From Marsupella aquatica (lineage: Eukaryota > Plantae > Marchantiophyta), in the NCBI GenBank assembly GCA_973895155.1, contig OZ316891.1, positions 22,959,884 through 23,023,883 of the forward strand: a stretch of 64,000 nucleotides of DNA, written 5' to 3'. Below are positions 13,216-25,361 of the stretch, in pieces; within the stretch, counting starts at the first letter, position 1; each line of letters starts with the position of its first letter. Both the position numbers and the translations under genes were made by a program. A model generated the notes under the pieces. It did not search any database and had not been told where the DNA came from. It was given only the letters and a program-made list of their open reading frames with translations.

Positions 13216-14078
13216 TAAATCCATTTAAATGAAGATTCTCTAAATGAACTGTGCCTTCTTTTAACAAGGATCCATCCTTCTCTATTAAGCCACTTTAGTG
13301 ACCCTATTAATGCTCTTCTATTAGGGGTCATTACCGGTTTCTCCAAATCCAATAAGACATTTGAATTTTGATAAAACTTATTAAGAGCTTGGTCTAGATT
13401 TTCTCTCCATCTAGGTTTGTTCTTCAAAATCTCCAATGCCTTATTCAATTCTTGCTCAATTTTTCTTTCCAAAACTTCCTCCTCCATACAGTTGTGACTT
13501 AATATTTCTGGAATGGTAACTTGGTCAAAATGTTCATCCCAAGTTCCTTCCTCCAGATGTAATTTCCCATTTTCACAACTCTTAAAAATCAGGAGGCTAT
13601 TAAGGAATACATTTGTATCAAATGAGTTTACCTCAACCAGGCCTAAACTCCAATAATAACTTCCACCTGACCTCTTTAAAATTTTTGCTCTTCCTCCTTG
13701 GCAAGTACTTTTGACAACATAAGTTTGTCTTTCCCTCAATTTAATCTGAGCTCTTTCTTTCTTTTGAGGTCGGCTTTTCCTTACCATAACTTGAGAATAC
13801 TCCGTCTTCCTCTTCTAGGCACCACTTAATCTTTCTCTCTTGGCCTTAGCTTTCTTCCTTCTTTCCAGAATTATGGAGAGGTTTTCTTCTTCAACTCTTT
13901 CCCTAAATGCAACTGGTGCATTTTCCACCATGTAAGGTCGAATCTCTAGCCTTGGAATGGCCCATTCTCTAGTGGGGTCCATAATAACAATTATCAATGT
14001 GTTTTGTTCCCAAAACCTAACAAATTCAATCCTTCATTTGGCATTCACTGCTTGTACTTCAAATCAACCTTGATTTGT

Positions 14079-14096
14079 TCCCCGGCAGCGGCGCCA
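14079..14096 (-). other. Primer-binding site, tRNA-Asp type (Athila-like)
   Basis: TGGCGCCGCTGCCGGGGA is 17/18 identical to the canonical TGGCGCCGTTGCCGGGGA and is preceded by a T-run. Confidence 0.85.
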
Positions 14097-14102
14097 AAAA
14101 TC

Positions 14103-14960
14103 TCATGTAGTTTGCTATGAAGAACCAAAAACACACTTAAAGGTCTTCAAACTCGGTATTCGTTCCCGTAAAGAACAAGATGGGGTTGATTTGATACATA
14201 GAAACACAAATGAGAGTTTAAAGACTCACTCTAACACATAGTAATCAGAATTGATTACTTTACTAAGGTATTTTGAAGATCGCTCCACAGCGGTGAGTGG
14301 TTTTCAATGACAACTCAGCATCATGTAATCATAAATTAATGGAAAGGAAATGATTAACAAAACACAAGGAAAAATATCTCAAAGTATGCTAAGGGAGTCT
14401 GGAATTTTCCAAGGTTACTCCTTAAACATAAGTCAAAATGAAAAGACTTAAGGATTCAAATCCATATTGCTTTTCAGATCTAAACTGCTTACTAGAGTAC
14501 TCTTTTAAAGTGCCGTCAACACGTCTTATCCTTTCTTTCTAAGTGGTACTCAGATAAGATCTAAAAGGTAGCTACTTCAACATTTAGATGGTACTAAGCA
14601 ACATAAAAGAAAATCCATCAATATCAATAAGACATAAACTCAATGAGTTAACTTTAAGAACTTAGAAGATTGTAATGAGTCACCAACAATGGAATCTGAC
14701 ATTACATCTCATAAGATCTGTGCAATTGGATTTTTACTTCCTATGATTTATTCAAAGGATTAAACCACAAGAAGGAGGAAAGTCTCTTCCTGGTGTCAAG
14801 CTTAATCTCGAACTCTTAACATTCATGATCAACTGGCAGAACACCAAAGAAAGGCAAAAATTGCTAAACTTTGTCCATAAACTACACTAGTGGTAGAGCT
14901 ATCTTATAGTAAAAATCTACCGAATGAGAGGTCACAGGGTCGAAGAGACATGCCTCTTCA
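14103..14960 (-). repeat. LTR of the Athila-like element (~860 bp), flanked by both a PPT-like tract and a PBS
   Basis: Minus strand TTTGAGGGGTA|TG at 14960 and PBS just past 14103. No second copy in the window confirms the limits. Confidence 0.5.
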
Positions 14961-15076
14961 TACCCCTCAAAATTTTAAAACTACAAAACTGTGAGTGAAA
15001 AGTCGGAAAAATGACTAAGTCTAAACTCATAAACTAGTAACTAGTAAATGACTTATACTCGTAAACTAGTAAACTA

Positions 15077-17167
15077 TTAAACTCGTAATCGGAAATCTGT
15101 CAGAACTCGTTGTCTTTCAGGATACATTAGGGGCATTCTCTTCATTAAGTAACATGAATCAATACGAAGAGCTTCTCTATACATCCCAATTACATCATAA
15201 TTGTTACAGGTAGTAGCATACACTTGGGAATAATGATACAGGAACTCATCACTATTCATCATCCTAGAATAGAAGGGTCAAAGTCTCCATCTGACATCCC
15301 TGAAGTACCGGTTGAAGTGAGTCAGGGTCTGAGCAGTGACATTATTCCAGATCCTCTATTTCTCAGCCAATGAACTGGTTGAAACAAGGGTAACTTTGGG
15401 TCCTCAAGGTGTGTAATCGTGTTGTAGAGCAGTAGACTTCTTACTCTGCATCAGGAAGGAAACCACAAAATCCAGGGCATAGGCTGCAAGATTTCCAAAG
15501 TATGCCAAAACTAAGTTTGGATCCTCTACCTCTACATCACCTTGAAGTAGCATCATAGTAAGGATAGGTCGGAAGTATAGTGAGTCAGTCCAGAACTCAT
15601 CAAATTGTGCCATCTCCACTCTGGAAGTCCCAAAACTCCTGAGGTCGAAAATGTAGCTGGCCTCTGTTTTCTTGAGATAGTAGTATCTCCAAAACTCTCC
15701 AACCGGTGGTCTGTTGGCCTGCATAATCTTACAGGTTTCCACATACCTGCGTACTTGGAATTCTGGAGGTTTTGGGTATCTACTCTCGAAGACAGCATTC
15801 CGGGGTGTCTGAGTAGATGAAGTGACAACTGCTACTAAGTTGGGATTGGACCTTAGGGCAGTGTCAACATCTTTGAATCCCTGCCTTGGTGACGGTGTTA
15901 AGGAGTTGTCATAAGATCGAATGGAATCAAAATCAGAGGGTGGATCAGAATCTTCAGGTAGATCCTCTCGAATATAAGGATGCTCATCCTGTGACTGATT
16001 ATAGGGTGGTCCTTTGGTGGGTTCATAGTTGGAATCAGGACTGTAAGGGGGGGAACTTGGACTAGGAGAAGGGGTAGCAGTGGGACATTGTTGCACCAAG
16101 TTGCTAACTACAGACACTATCTTTCGAGGGTCACACTGCAATATCTCCAGTAAATCATCCACGATAGCTGCACAACTGATACTGTCTGTTACTGGAACAG
16201 GGTTACTGGATTTTAGAAGAGGAACCTGTTGGGTAGCAGGGGTGAGAGTCACATATTCTATTAGTGTTAATTCTCCTGGAGGAGAGGTCATCCTGATAGG
16301 GCTTAATTGGTCAGGGAATGGTGACTTCAAACTGACAGCTTCCATTCTTAAATTATTGACAGCATCATACAGACCATGATCACTGCAATTGAGAAGAGAT
16401 GCCAACTTATCAATGAGTTGCTGATTCGATTCTGCTTTCGAAGGTGTGAATGAACTGGTCCTTAGGTTGACAGCAGTAGTTGGATCTGCAACACCTTCTT
16501 GTTGCTCAGAGAAGTATTCATCTCCTTCAGCTCCAGATTGATCTCTCATATTAACTCCTGGTGAATACACCAGGTTATCCAGGGGGTGTCGAACCAACTC
16601 TAAGTTATGAGCAGGTGTACCTTCAAATTCCATCTCAACATCCACATTCTGATCATGAGAATCCAGGGGAATAGCATCCACTGGTTCTTCCATACTTATG
16701 TCTTCTTCAATGCCTAACTCAATCAGGAGTAAACCTCTTTCCGTTCTCTCCTCTGGATATAAACAATCATAAGCCTGATAGAGTTGGGACAAATAAACCT
16801 GCAGATGAGTGGGTCTGTCTGCCTTCATGGTCCTCACCTGATCCTTTATCACATTGAAAATTAACAAGGCCCAATTCACTTGGATGGCTCCACTGTGTGC
16901 AGCTACAATTATATTCACCAAAGCCACTGAACAGATGGTTGGCTTTTTCGGGTGTAAAACGGGTACTAGAAATTCCAGAAGCACTCTCAAATCTGGATAA
17001 GTGCACTGTGTTAAATTCCAGCCATTTGTGAGATTTGTGAGATTGCAAATCCTAGAGAAGTAGGGTCCCGTTGAAAGTAGCCGTAAGACGTCACGATCAC
17101 CAGCCGCCGACTCGCAAGGCACAACTCGTAAAGCCCTAACTAGTAAACTTGTAACTAGTAAACTCAT
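15077..17167 (-). CDS. Gypsy 3' accessory ORF (env-like position; 587 aa open plus a broken tail)
   Basis: GWNLTQC..DLRVLLEFLVPVLHPKKPT...VNWALLIF...YLSQLY resembles accessory domains of bryophyte LTR elements. It lies just upstream of the PPT/LTR. Confidence 0.6.
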
Positions 17168-17372
17168 AACTAGTAAACTTGTAACTAGTAATCAGTCGCG
17201 AACTCGTAAACTTGTAAACTCGTAACAGGAGTTTACTCGTAACCTTGGAAACCCGTAACTTATAGACAGAATGCTATCTCCGCTATGTTAGCAATAATTA
17301 GAGTTTAAACACCATAAAAAATTTAAAAATTTTCAGTTTCTTCATGCTTTTGGAATTACCCACTACTTACAT

Positions 17373-20300
17373 GGTGGCTCATTTGCAAGCAAACTAGGCA
17401 GACGACTACGGGAAGCCAACTATCAGCTGCTTAGGCAAGCACTCTGCGCAAGAGCAGATACTGGAAATCAAACTCAAGGAGGGTATGAGCAACGTCAATC
17501 AAGCTGCACATTTTTGGGGATGCTTGTTTGAATGGGCAACTGAGTACATTGGGACCTACGAGGACAAAGAATCGGAGAGAGCAGCTCAAGAACGGCAGGA
17601 GCTTGCTCGACTGTGGGAGCTACAAAAGTCTGCCTTCTTAGGAGGAGAACTTATCAAGGCCGAGTTCTTGTGGACTCCTACTACCAATCAGCTCGACGAC
17701 CTTTTGTTTTGCAAAAACAAAATTGTCGGCATCCGGGAAGCCATCAATTGCTGCAACGACATACACTGGGAGTTAAAGGGAAGCATAGAGGGGTGGATGA
17801 AGGCAACCATGCTAGGAGAAACATCCACGGCAGCCGCGATGAAGAGGAAATGAAACAACAACAAAGAGGCCACCCTGGCAAAAAGGACAAGGTCGGCGGC
17901 ACCAAGGAAGCCAGTAGACCAGGGGAACAGAAGGTAGGCAGAAGCTGAGGAGGAGGAGGTCGACCCCATCAATGCCATTCCAACAAAGGATGACACCTGG
18001 AAAGGCTGGGCGGCGACCCTACCAGAGGAAGTGCAATTACACTTTGCACGGGAGGAGGATGCGTGCTTTACGGCCATGCAGACCAAGAAGTACCAGGGCT
18101 TCATGGCCGGATCCGGCTTGGAAGCCTTCATAAAATTGCCATGGTTGAAGCCGGAGGTGCCAGATTCAGACTTATTAGAATTTGTGGGATCATGGGAGCC
18201 CGAGACCAATTCCACAAGGGTCTATGGGAAGGATTTCTATCTCACTCCCTGGGTGATTGCCGAAGCGTTTGGCTTGCCGATGGGCAATAAGACCAAAGTA
18301 GATACCAGGAAGACCTTGCCTGACAAGGAGTTCCGGTCGTTCCCAGGGCCATCAACAAACAATGGCTTCTTCTGGAACACCTGCACCAACCCGCACCTTG
18401 GGGAGATGATCGATTTCTTTCAAGTGACCATGCATTGCAACTTGCCAAGGGCAGAGATCGGCAAGGCACAGGTCTACTTGGCAGAGAGGCCAGACCCAAG
18501 CCAGGACTACAACGGGTACCTCCTCAACCAACTGAAGAAGATCTTGAATGAGGAACAGCGGGTGATTGGCATGGGAAGCGTATCCCAGCTTGGCTATTAC
18601 ATGCCGTTGTTGTGCCGGTATGCCCGAAGTCAGATCTTTGCCCCAATACTTCCCTTGCAGGTAAGGGCACTAGAGGAAGTTTTGGAACAGAGGCCGGTAG
18701 CAGAGAAGCCCAACCAGCCTGCTAGTCCTACGATCAAACAGGTGTTTAGGCCAAGGAAAGAAGACTTGCCGATGCAGCAACCAGGCATGCAAAATCTTCT
18801 AAAATTGCTGGAGAAGGAAAGGAGAACGGCATTGGCAACGGCAACACCACCGGTACAGGACGCTGCCCCGGAGGTTGGCCTAAGATGACTCATGAAGGAA
18901 AACCCCTTCATCGGAGCCAAGGAGAGGAGGAGGCCGGAACACGAGCCGGGAGTTCGAATGTATGTGGGAGCCTCAAGCTCCAAATCTGAGGCAGAGCAGC
19001 CTAAGGCTCCTACCCGCGGTATAGAGAGGGGGAAGCCGGTAGTCCAAGTAGTAGAGGCGATGGAGGACTACGGCAATGATAATTCCGGCTATGGGTCAAA
19101 CCATCATGTTCCAAGAGTAAGGACCTATGGCCGGTTCATCCCCACTCTTCCAAGAGTAGTTCGAGGGGACCCCACCCAGCAGAGCAGCCCCAAGTCTCCC
19201 CCACCGGATGTCGCTCCCCCGAGGTTTGACAGCATAAAACAGACAGCACAAGAGTTTCAGGAGCAACTCAGGGAGGAAGAGAGGGCAGCCCTGGCTAGGG
19301 AGAAAGATTTACCAGGAGGAGATTGGCCATAGGACATCACGCGACTTGCCAAAAAAAGAAGCAACCCTCTAGCCACGATTGAAGAGATCCGCAAGGCAGC
19401 TTGGGAGCAGAGGCCGCGGCAGTTGATGCCAATGACTTCTACTTACTCCACCTATGCTAAGGATAGAGCCATGGAGTACGGAGAGATGTGTGGGGAACTT
19501 GCGCTTAGCATCTTTGGGGAGGAGTTGGAGCAGGGACCCTTTTTCCAAAGGGAAATGTTGGAGAAGCGCCGATTAGAAGAAGCGGTGGCTTTGGAGAGAA
19601 GCAAGAAGGACAAGGTCATCCGACGGCTTAGGGAGAGAAAACCAAGGCAGAAGGCCTGCAAGCGACCAGGAAAGCCCAAGATGAGCTGCGGATTAAGCAG
19701 CATGAGCTAAACATCATGCAAGGGCAATTAGATGCCACTCAGTCTGACAATCAGATTATCAAAGATAAATTGACTCGGACCCAAGGAGAGTTGGCCGGCG
19801 CAGTCAAGGAAAGAGAGAAGTGGAAGCGAGAGCTAAGGGACGTAGAGGAGGCCCACTTAGCAACCAACAATTGGGCCATGGCGGAGATCCAGAGAAGGGA
19901 GAGGGCATTAAAGGGGGAACTCGAGGATATCCGTGAAGCCCTTGAGCAAAAGGAGGCCGAGTTAGGGAAATCCTATCAAGGGATCATTGCGCTACAGCAG
20001 GAGCTTGCATCCCTGACGGCCAGCTTCAAGGCCGACTTGCAGGAGAAAGACGACCAGCTCGATCAAACTTATGCCAAGATGGATAAGATGGAGTCTGAAG
20101 TCATGAAGAAGCTCAACAAGGAGCTAAGAGCGACCCAGGAAGAGAGGGCTACCTTAGGGAAAGAATTGCAAGACGCCCAAAAGGAGCTGGAGGAGGCGTG
20201 CAAGGACCTGGACAAGACCCAGGAGGAGTTGGAGGAAAGCACGAGGAAGATGGAGAACTTAGAGCGGCGGGCCGACAACCAAACGGAGCGGTTGTAGAAA

Positions 20301-20607
20301 CAAGCCACAGTATTTAAGTGCTTGGCTTCATCAAGTCCAACTCCAATTGGGGCAACCCAGTTTCCAGGGGTAGTACCGGCCAAAGGACAAGCCGAGACAC
20401 TCACCCCGATGCCGGAGGTAAGTGGCAAGGGAAAGGAATCGGCTGTCAAAACAGGGAAGAAGAAGAAGCGGAAACCTTCTGGGTCTGGGAGTTATACAGC
20501 TTCTCAAGCCGTTGTGACCAAGAAGGTAAACATGGCACCAACCTCCGGCATCAACACGGCGGTGGATCCATTGGTCCTAGGAAGTGGGGATGGCAAGGCC
20601 GAGGCCG
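17373..20607 (+). mobile_element. Family A LTR, partial copy with decayed LTR ORF (17485-20607)
   Basis: Collinear with ~20870-24190 and cut at 20607 by a new LTR start. Confidence 0.85.
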
Positions 20608-23600
20608 TGTGATGCCTAGCCAGGAATCACTGGGCTAGTTTAAAGTGGAAAAGGGAAGTGTACCCTAGAAACACATTAGTATAGTTACAAAAATAAGGAA
20701 AATATAAACAATTAAGGGTGACTATGGAACCCGAGCCGAGGCCGGAAGTAAGGACGCCAGGGGAGAGAACACGATTAGGGTTAGGGCACGCTAAGTGCCG
20801 GCGGCTAGGGGTCACCAACGGAAGAGAGACGCCAAGGAGAAGAGGGGTAAGGACCACTCGCAAGGAGTTGTGGCTCATTTGCAAGCACGAATTGGGCAGA
20901 TGACTACGGACGGCCAACTACTGTCAACTGCTTAGGCAGGTACTCAGGGTGGGAGCAGATACCAACTATCAACTCGAGAAGGGTATGAGCAACGTCAATC
21001 AAGTGGCACATTTTTGGGGATGCCTGTTCGAACGGGCAATTGAGTACATTGGGACTTACGAGGACGAAGAATCGGAGAGAGCAGCTCGAGAACGGCAGGA
21101 GCTCGCTCGATTGTGGGAGCTGCAGAAAGCTGCCTTCTTAGGAGGAGAACTCATCAAGGCCAAATTCTTGTGGACTCCTACTGGTAACGAGCTAGATGAC
21201 CTGTTGTTTTGCGAAGACAGAGTCGTCGGCATCCGCGAAGCCATCAAACGCTGCAACGACATACATTGGGAGTTGAAGGGTAGCATAGAGGGTTGGACAA
21301 AGGCAACCATGCTAGGAGAGACATCCACGGCAGCGAAGATGAAGAGAAAGGGAAACAACAACGAAGAGGCCACCCGGCAAAAAGAATGAGGTTGGCGGCA
21401 CCAAAGAAGCCAGCCGAACAGCAGAGCAGGAGGCAGAGAGCACCGAGGAGGAGGAGGAGGTCGACCCCATCAACGCCATTCCAACGAGAGATGACACCTG
21501 GAAAGGCTGGGCGGCGATCCTCCCCGAGGAGGTCCAATTACACTTTGCAAGGGAGGAGGATGCATGCTTTACGGCTATGTAGACTCGGAAATATCAGGGC
21601 TTCATGGCCGGATCCGGCTTGGAAGCCTTCGTAAGGTTACCGTGGCTGAAGCCGGAGGTACCGAATTCAGACTTACTAGAATTCGTGGGATCATGGGAGT
21701 CCGAGACCAATTCCACAAGGGTGTATGGGAAGGATTTCTATCTCACTCCCCAAGTGATTGCCGAAGTGTTTGGCTTGCCAATGGGCAATAAGACCAAGGT
21801 AGATACCAAGAAGACCTTGCTAGACACGGAGTTCAGGTCGTTTCCAGGGCCTTCAACAAAGAATGGCTTCTTCTGTAACACCTGCACCAACCCGCATATA
21901 GGTGAGATTTCTTGCGGGTGACCATGCATTGCAACTGGCCGAGACCAGAGATCGGCAAGGCACAGGTCTATCTGGCAGAGAGGCCAGACCCAAGCCAAGA
22001 CTACAATGGTTACCTCCTCACTCAACTAAAGAAGATCTTGAAGGAGGAACAGCTGGTGATCGGCAAGGGAAGCGTGTCCCAACTTGGCTATCACATGCCG
22101 CTATTGTGCCGGTATGCCCGAAGTAAGACCTTTGCCCCGGTACTTCCCCTACAGGCAAGGGCACCAGAGGAGGTTCCGGAACAGAGGCCGGCAACGGAGA
22201 AACCCAACCCGCCGGACAGTCCTACAATCGAGCAGGTGTTTAGGCCAAGGACAGAGGACTTGCCGATGCAGCAACCAGGCATGCAGAATCTGCTGAAATT
22301 GCTGGAGAGAGAAAAGAGAACAGCAACGGCAACGGCAACAATATAGGACACTGCTCCAGAGGCAGGCCTAAACCGGCTTACAAGGGAAAACCCCTTTACT
22401 GGAGTCAAAGAGAGAGGGAGGCCAGAACATGAGCCGGGAGTCTGTATGTATGTAGGAGCCTCTAGTCCCGAAGCCGAGGAGAAGCAGGCCGTAGCTCCCG
22501 GCCACGACAAGGAGAACAAGAGATCAACACGGGAGCCGGAGGAGGAACCAAGACCGATGAAAGGTGAAGCCGTGTTCACGACAAAACCAGGAGAACAGCG
22601 GGAGAAGCCGGTAGTCCAAGCCGAGGAGGAGGTGGAGGACTACAGCAATGATAACTTCGGCTACGGGTCGGATCATCATGTTCCAGGAGTAAGGACCTGT
22701 GGTCGCTTCATCCCCACGCTCCCAAGAGTAGTCCGAGGGGACCCGACCCAGCAGAGCAGCCCCGAGTCTCCCCCACCAGATGTTGCTCCCCCGAGCTTTG
22801 ACGGCATAAAACAGACGGCGCAGGAATTTCAGGAGCAAATCAGGGAGGAAGAGGAGGCAGCCCTGGCTAGGGAGAAGGATTTACCAGGAGGAGAATGGCC
22901 AGAGAACATCAGGCGGCTTGCAGAAAAATGAAGCAGCCCTCCAGCCACAATATAAGAGATCCGCAAGGCGGCTTGGGAACAAAGGCCGCGATGGATGATG
23001 CCGATGACTTCTACTTCCTCCACCTATGCTAAAGATAGAGCCATGGAGTACGGGGAGATGTGTGGGGAATTGGCGCTCAGCATCTTTGGGGAGGAGTTGG
23101 AGCAGGGACCCTTTTTCCAGAGGGAGATGTTGGAGAAGCGCCAATTAGAAGAAGCGGTGGCCTTGGAAAGAAGCAAGAAGGACGAGGTCATCCGTCGGCT
23201 TAGGGCAAGGGAAGCCAAAATCGAAGACCTGAGGGCGGCCAGGAAAGCCCAAGATGAGTTGCGGATTAAGCGGCATGAGCTAAATATCATGCAGGGCCAG
23301 TTGGATACCGCACAGTCAGATAACCGGATTATCGAGAATAAACTGACGCGGACCCAAGGAGAGTTGGCTGATGCGATCAAGGAGCGAGAGAAGTGGAAGC
23401 GAGAGCTGAGGGATGCAGAGGAGGCCCACATAACAGCCAACAACCGGGCCATGGCAGAGACCCAGAGAAGGGAAAGGGCATTGAAGGGGGAGCTCGAGGA
23501 TATCCGCGGAGCCCTTGAGCAGAAGGAGGCCGAGTTAGGGAAATCATATCAAGGGATTATTGCGCTGCAGCAGGAGCTTGCATCCCTGACGGCCAGCTTC

Positions 23601-25292
23601 AAGGCCGACCTATGGGAGAAAGATGACCAGCTCGACCAGACTTATGCCAAGATGAATAAAATGGAGTCTGTGGTCGTAACGGAGCTCGACAAAGAACTAA
23701 GAGAAACCCAGGAGGAGAGGGCTACCTTGAAAAAGGAATTGGAGGAAGCCCACAGGGAGCTGGAGGAAGCCCAGAAAGAACTGGAGGAGGCACGCAAGGA
23801 CCTGGACGAGGTGCAAGAGGAGTTGGAGGAAAGCACGCGGAGGCTGGAGAACTTACAACGACAAGCCGACAACCAAACGGAGCGGCTGAAGAAACAAGCC
23901 GCATTATTTAAGTGCTTGGCTTCATTAGGCCCAACTCCAATTGGGGCAACCAAGTTACCAGGAGTGGTACTGGCCGAAGGACAAGCCGCGCCACTTGCAC
24001 CAGTGCCGGAAGTAAGTGGGAAGGGGAAGGGACCAGCTGCGAACCAGAGAAGAAGAAGAAGCGGAAACCTTCTGGGTCAAGGAGTAATACGGCTCCACAG
24101 GCCGAGGTGACCAAGGAGGTAAACCCAGCACCAACCCCAGGCAGGGTCACGGCAGAAGATCCAACTACCCTAGAAGAAGGGGATGCCGAGGCCTTGGCTC
24201 AGGCCGAAGCCGTGGCAAAGGCCCAAGCCATAGCTGATGCCGAAGCCGATGTCGAGGCCGAAGCCGAATGTGGACCCAGTCAGGCCGATGGAGAGTTGAC
24301 TCAGTCCAGGGCAGGTAATCTGTCAGAGAACGAACCTACGGTAGTGGCTGAGGAGGAAGCGTTGGGGGCGTCCATTGAGGAACAAACACCGCTGCCATGA
24401 CGGTGGTGGAGGGCCGCTCCTTTCAAGGAGAGCGGACGTGGAGGGAGGAGGCATGAGTGGGCAGGGCGGGCTCAGATCTCTAAGTTTAGGATTAGGATCA
24501 GGACCAGGAGGCGGCCCTGACACTTAGCTTAGTGGGATTGCGGTTCCACTGGTAAGAGCAACACTTGTACTTCTGCCTCGCTGTACATAGGTAGATTCAG
24601 TTAGGTAGATTAGGCTTACGCTGCAAAGAATTAGGCGGATCCACTACCAGGATAAATACCTGGGCAGCGGGGAGCTCAGGGCCTCTTCTTTAGCAAGTTT
24701 TTAGTTGCACTAGCCGGGCTGGGATCAAGTAGTAAGAGAAGCTCTCGGTTAGTCATACAGTGACCCTTGTGTATATTCATGTTTCCTCATGCCTAAGAGC
24801 TGAATAGAGTTGGCCTCACGGCTTAGTTCGCAGAGCTTGTGTATGAGATGTACTGTTTGTATGGCAAGTGCATGGTATGACTCAGTCAGAAGGAGTCATT
24901 TTGCTATTTGTGTGTCGCATTAACTTGTGTGAAGAGTGCCCACATCAAAGGAAAGTAAGCAAGGGAGTGAGAGTTGGATGTGTCAAGCTGAGAGAGGTCT
25001 TAGCGGCTTAACCAAGCCTATTGGGGATCATTTCGGCGGCGGAATCCAAACATACCTAACCAGAAGGAGGGGAAGACAAGGAAAGGCCTAGATTAGGCCG
25101 ACTACGTATCTCATGAGCCGATGAAGGATCTGTCCAGTATATGTGTGTAAAATGTTAATAGTAGTAGAGGAGGAGGTTAGCAGCGTCCCATGCCGCTAAG
25201 CCGCGAAAACGGCCTCGCCAAGCGCAAAACCTGCGGGAATCGGCTTGTGCTGGGGGGTTTCTTGGGTTTAGGGAGCCATGGGGCGCACCACA
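20608..25292 (+). repeat. Complete family A LTR, 4,685 bp
   Basis: TG...CA with a 7/8 terminal inverted repeat. Both termini recur as sharp homology borders elsewhere (31094, 37470, 40292). Confidence 0.85.
20985..24400 (+). pseudogene. LTR-encoded ~1,100-aa protein: N-terminal domain, plant-transposon (Transposase_32/PMD-like) domain, linker, long coiled coil, acidic tail
   Basis: Starts MSNVNQ..HFWGCL. Contains GLEAFVRLPW..LLEFVGSW..T.VYG..F.LTP.VIAEVFGLP.G and a coiled coil at ~23200-23900. Lesions differ between copies. The domain name is by eye. Confidence 0.75.
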
Positions 25293-25296
25293 TTTT

Positions 25297-25313
25297 TGGC
25301 ACTAGATGGAGGG
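25297..25313 (+). other. Primer-binding site
   Basis: TGGCACTAGATGGAGGG after CA+TTTT. Resembles the PBS of Tat-type non-chromoviral gypsy elements; tRNA not assigned. Confidence 0.7.
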
Positions 25314-25361
25314 GGCATTTCTTAAGCCGTGAGATATGAAGTTAGGAAAGAAGCGTAGGTA

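Larger units (their letters stand above)
9033..13997 (-). pseudogene. Extra ORF between PBS and gag, split by the LINE (pieces 13997-13216 and 9358-9033); unknown function
   Basis: Sense-strand ORF fragments of 60, 190 and ~108 aa start ~100 bp after the PBS and abut both LINE TSD copies. Confidence 0.5.
5659..14960 (-). mobile_element. Athila-like Ty3/gypsy LTR retrotransposon, truncated after gag, interrupted by a LINE
   Basis: LTR at about 14960-14103, tRNA-Asp-type PBS, long leader with extra ORFs, and gag with CCHC knuckles. The sequence stops before the protease. Confidence 0.75.
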
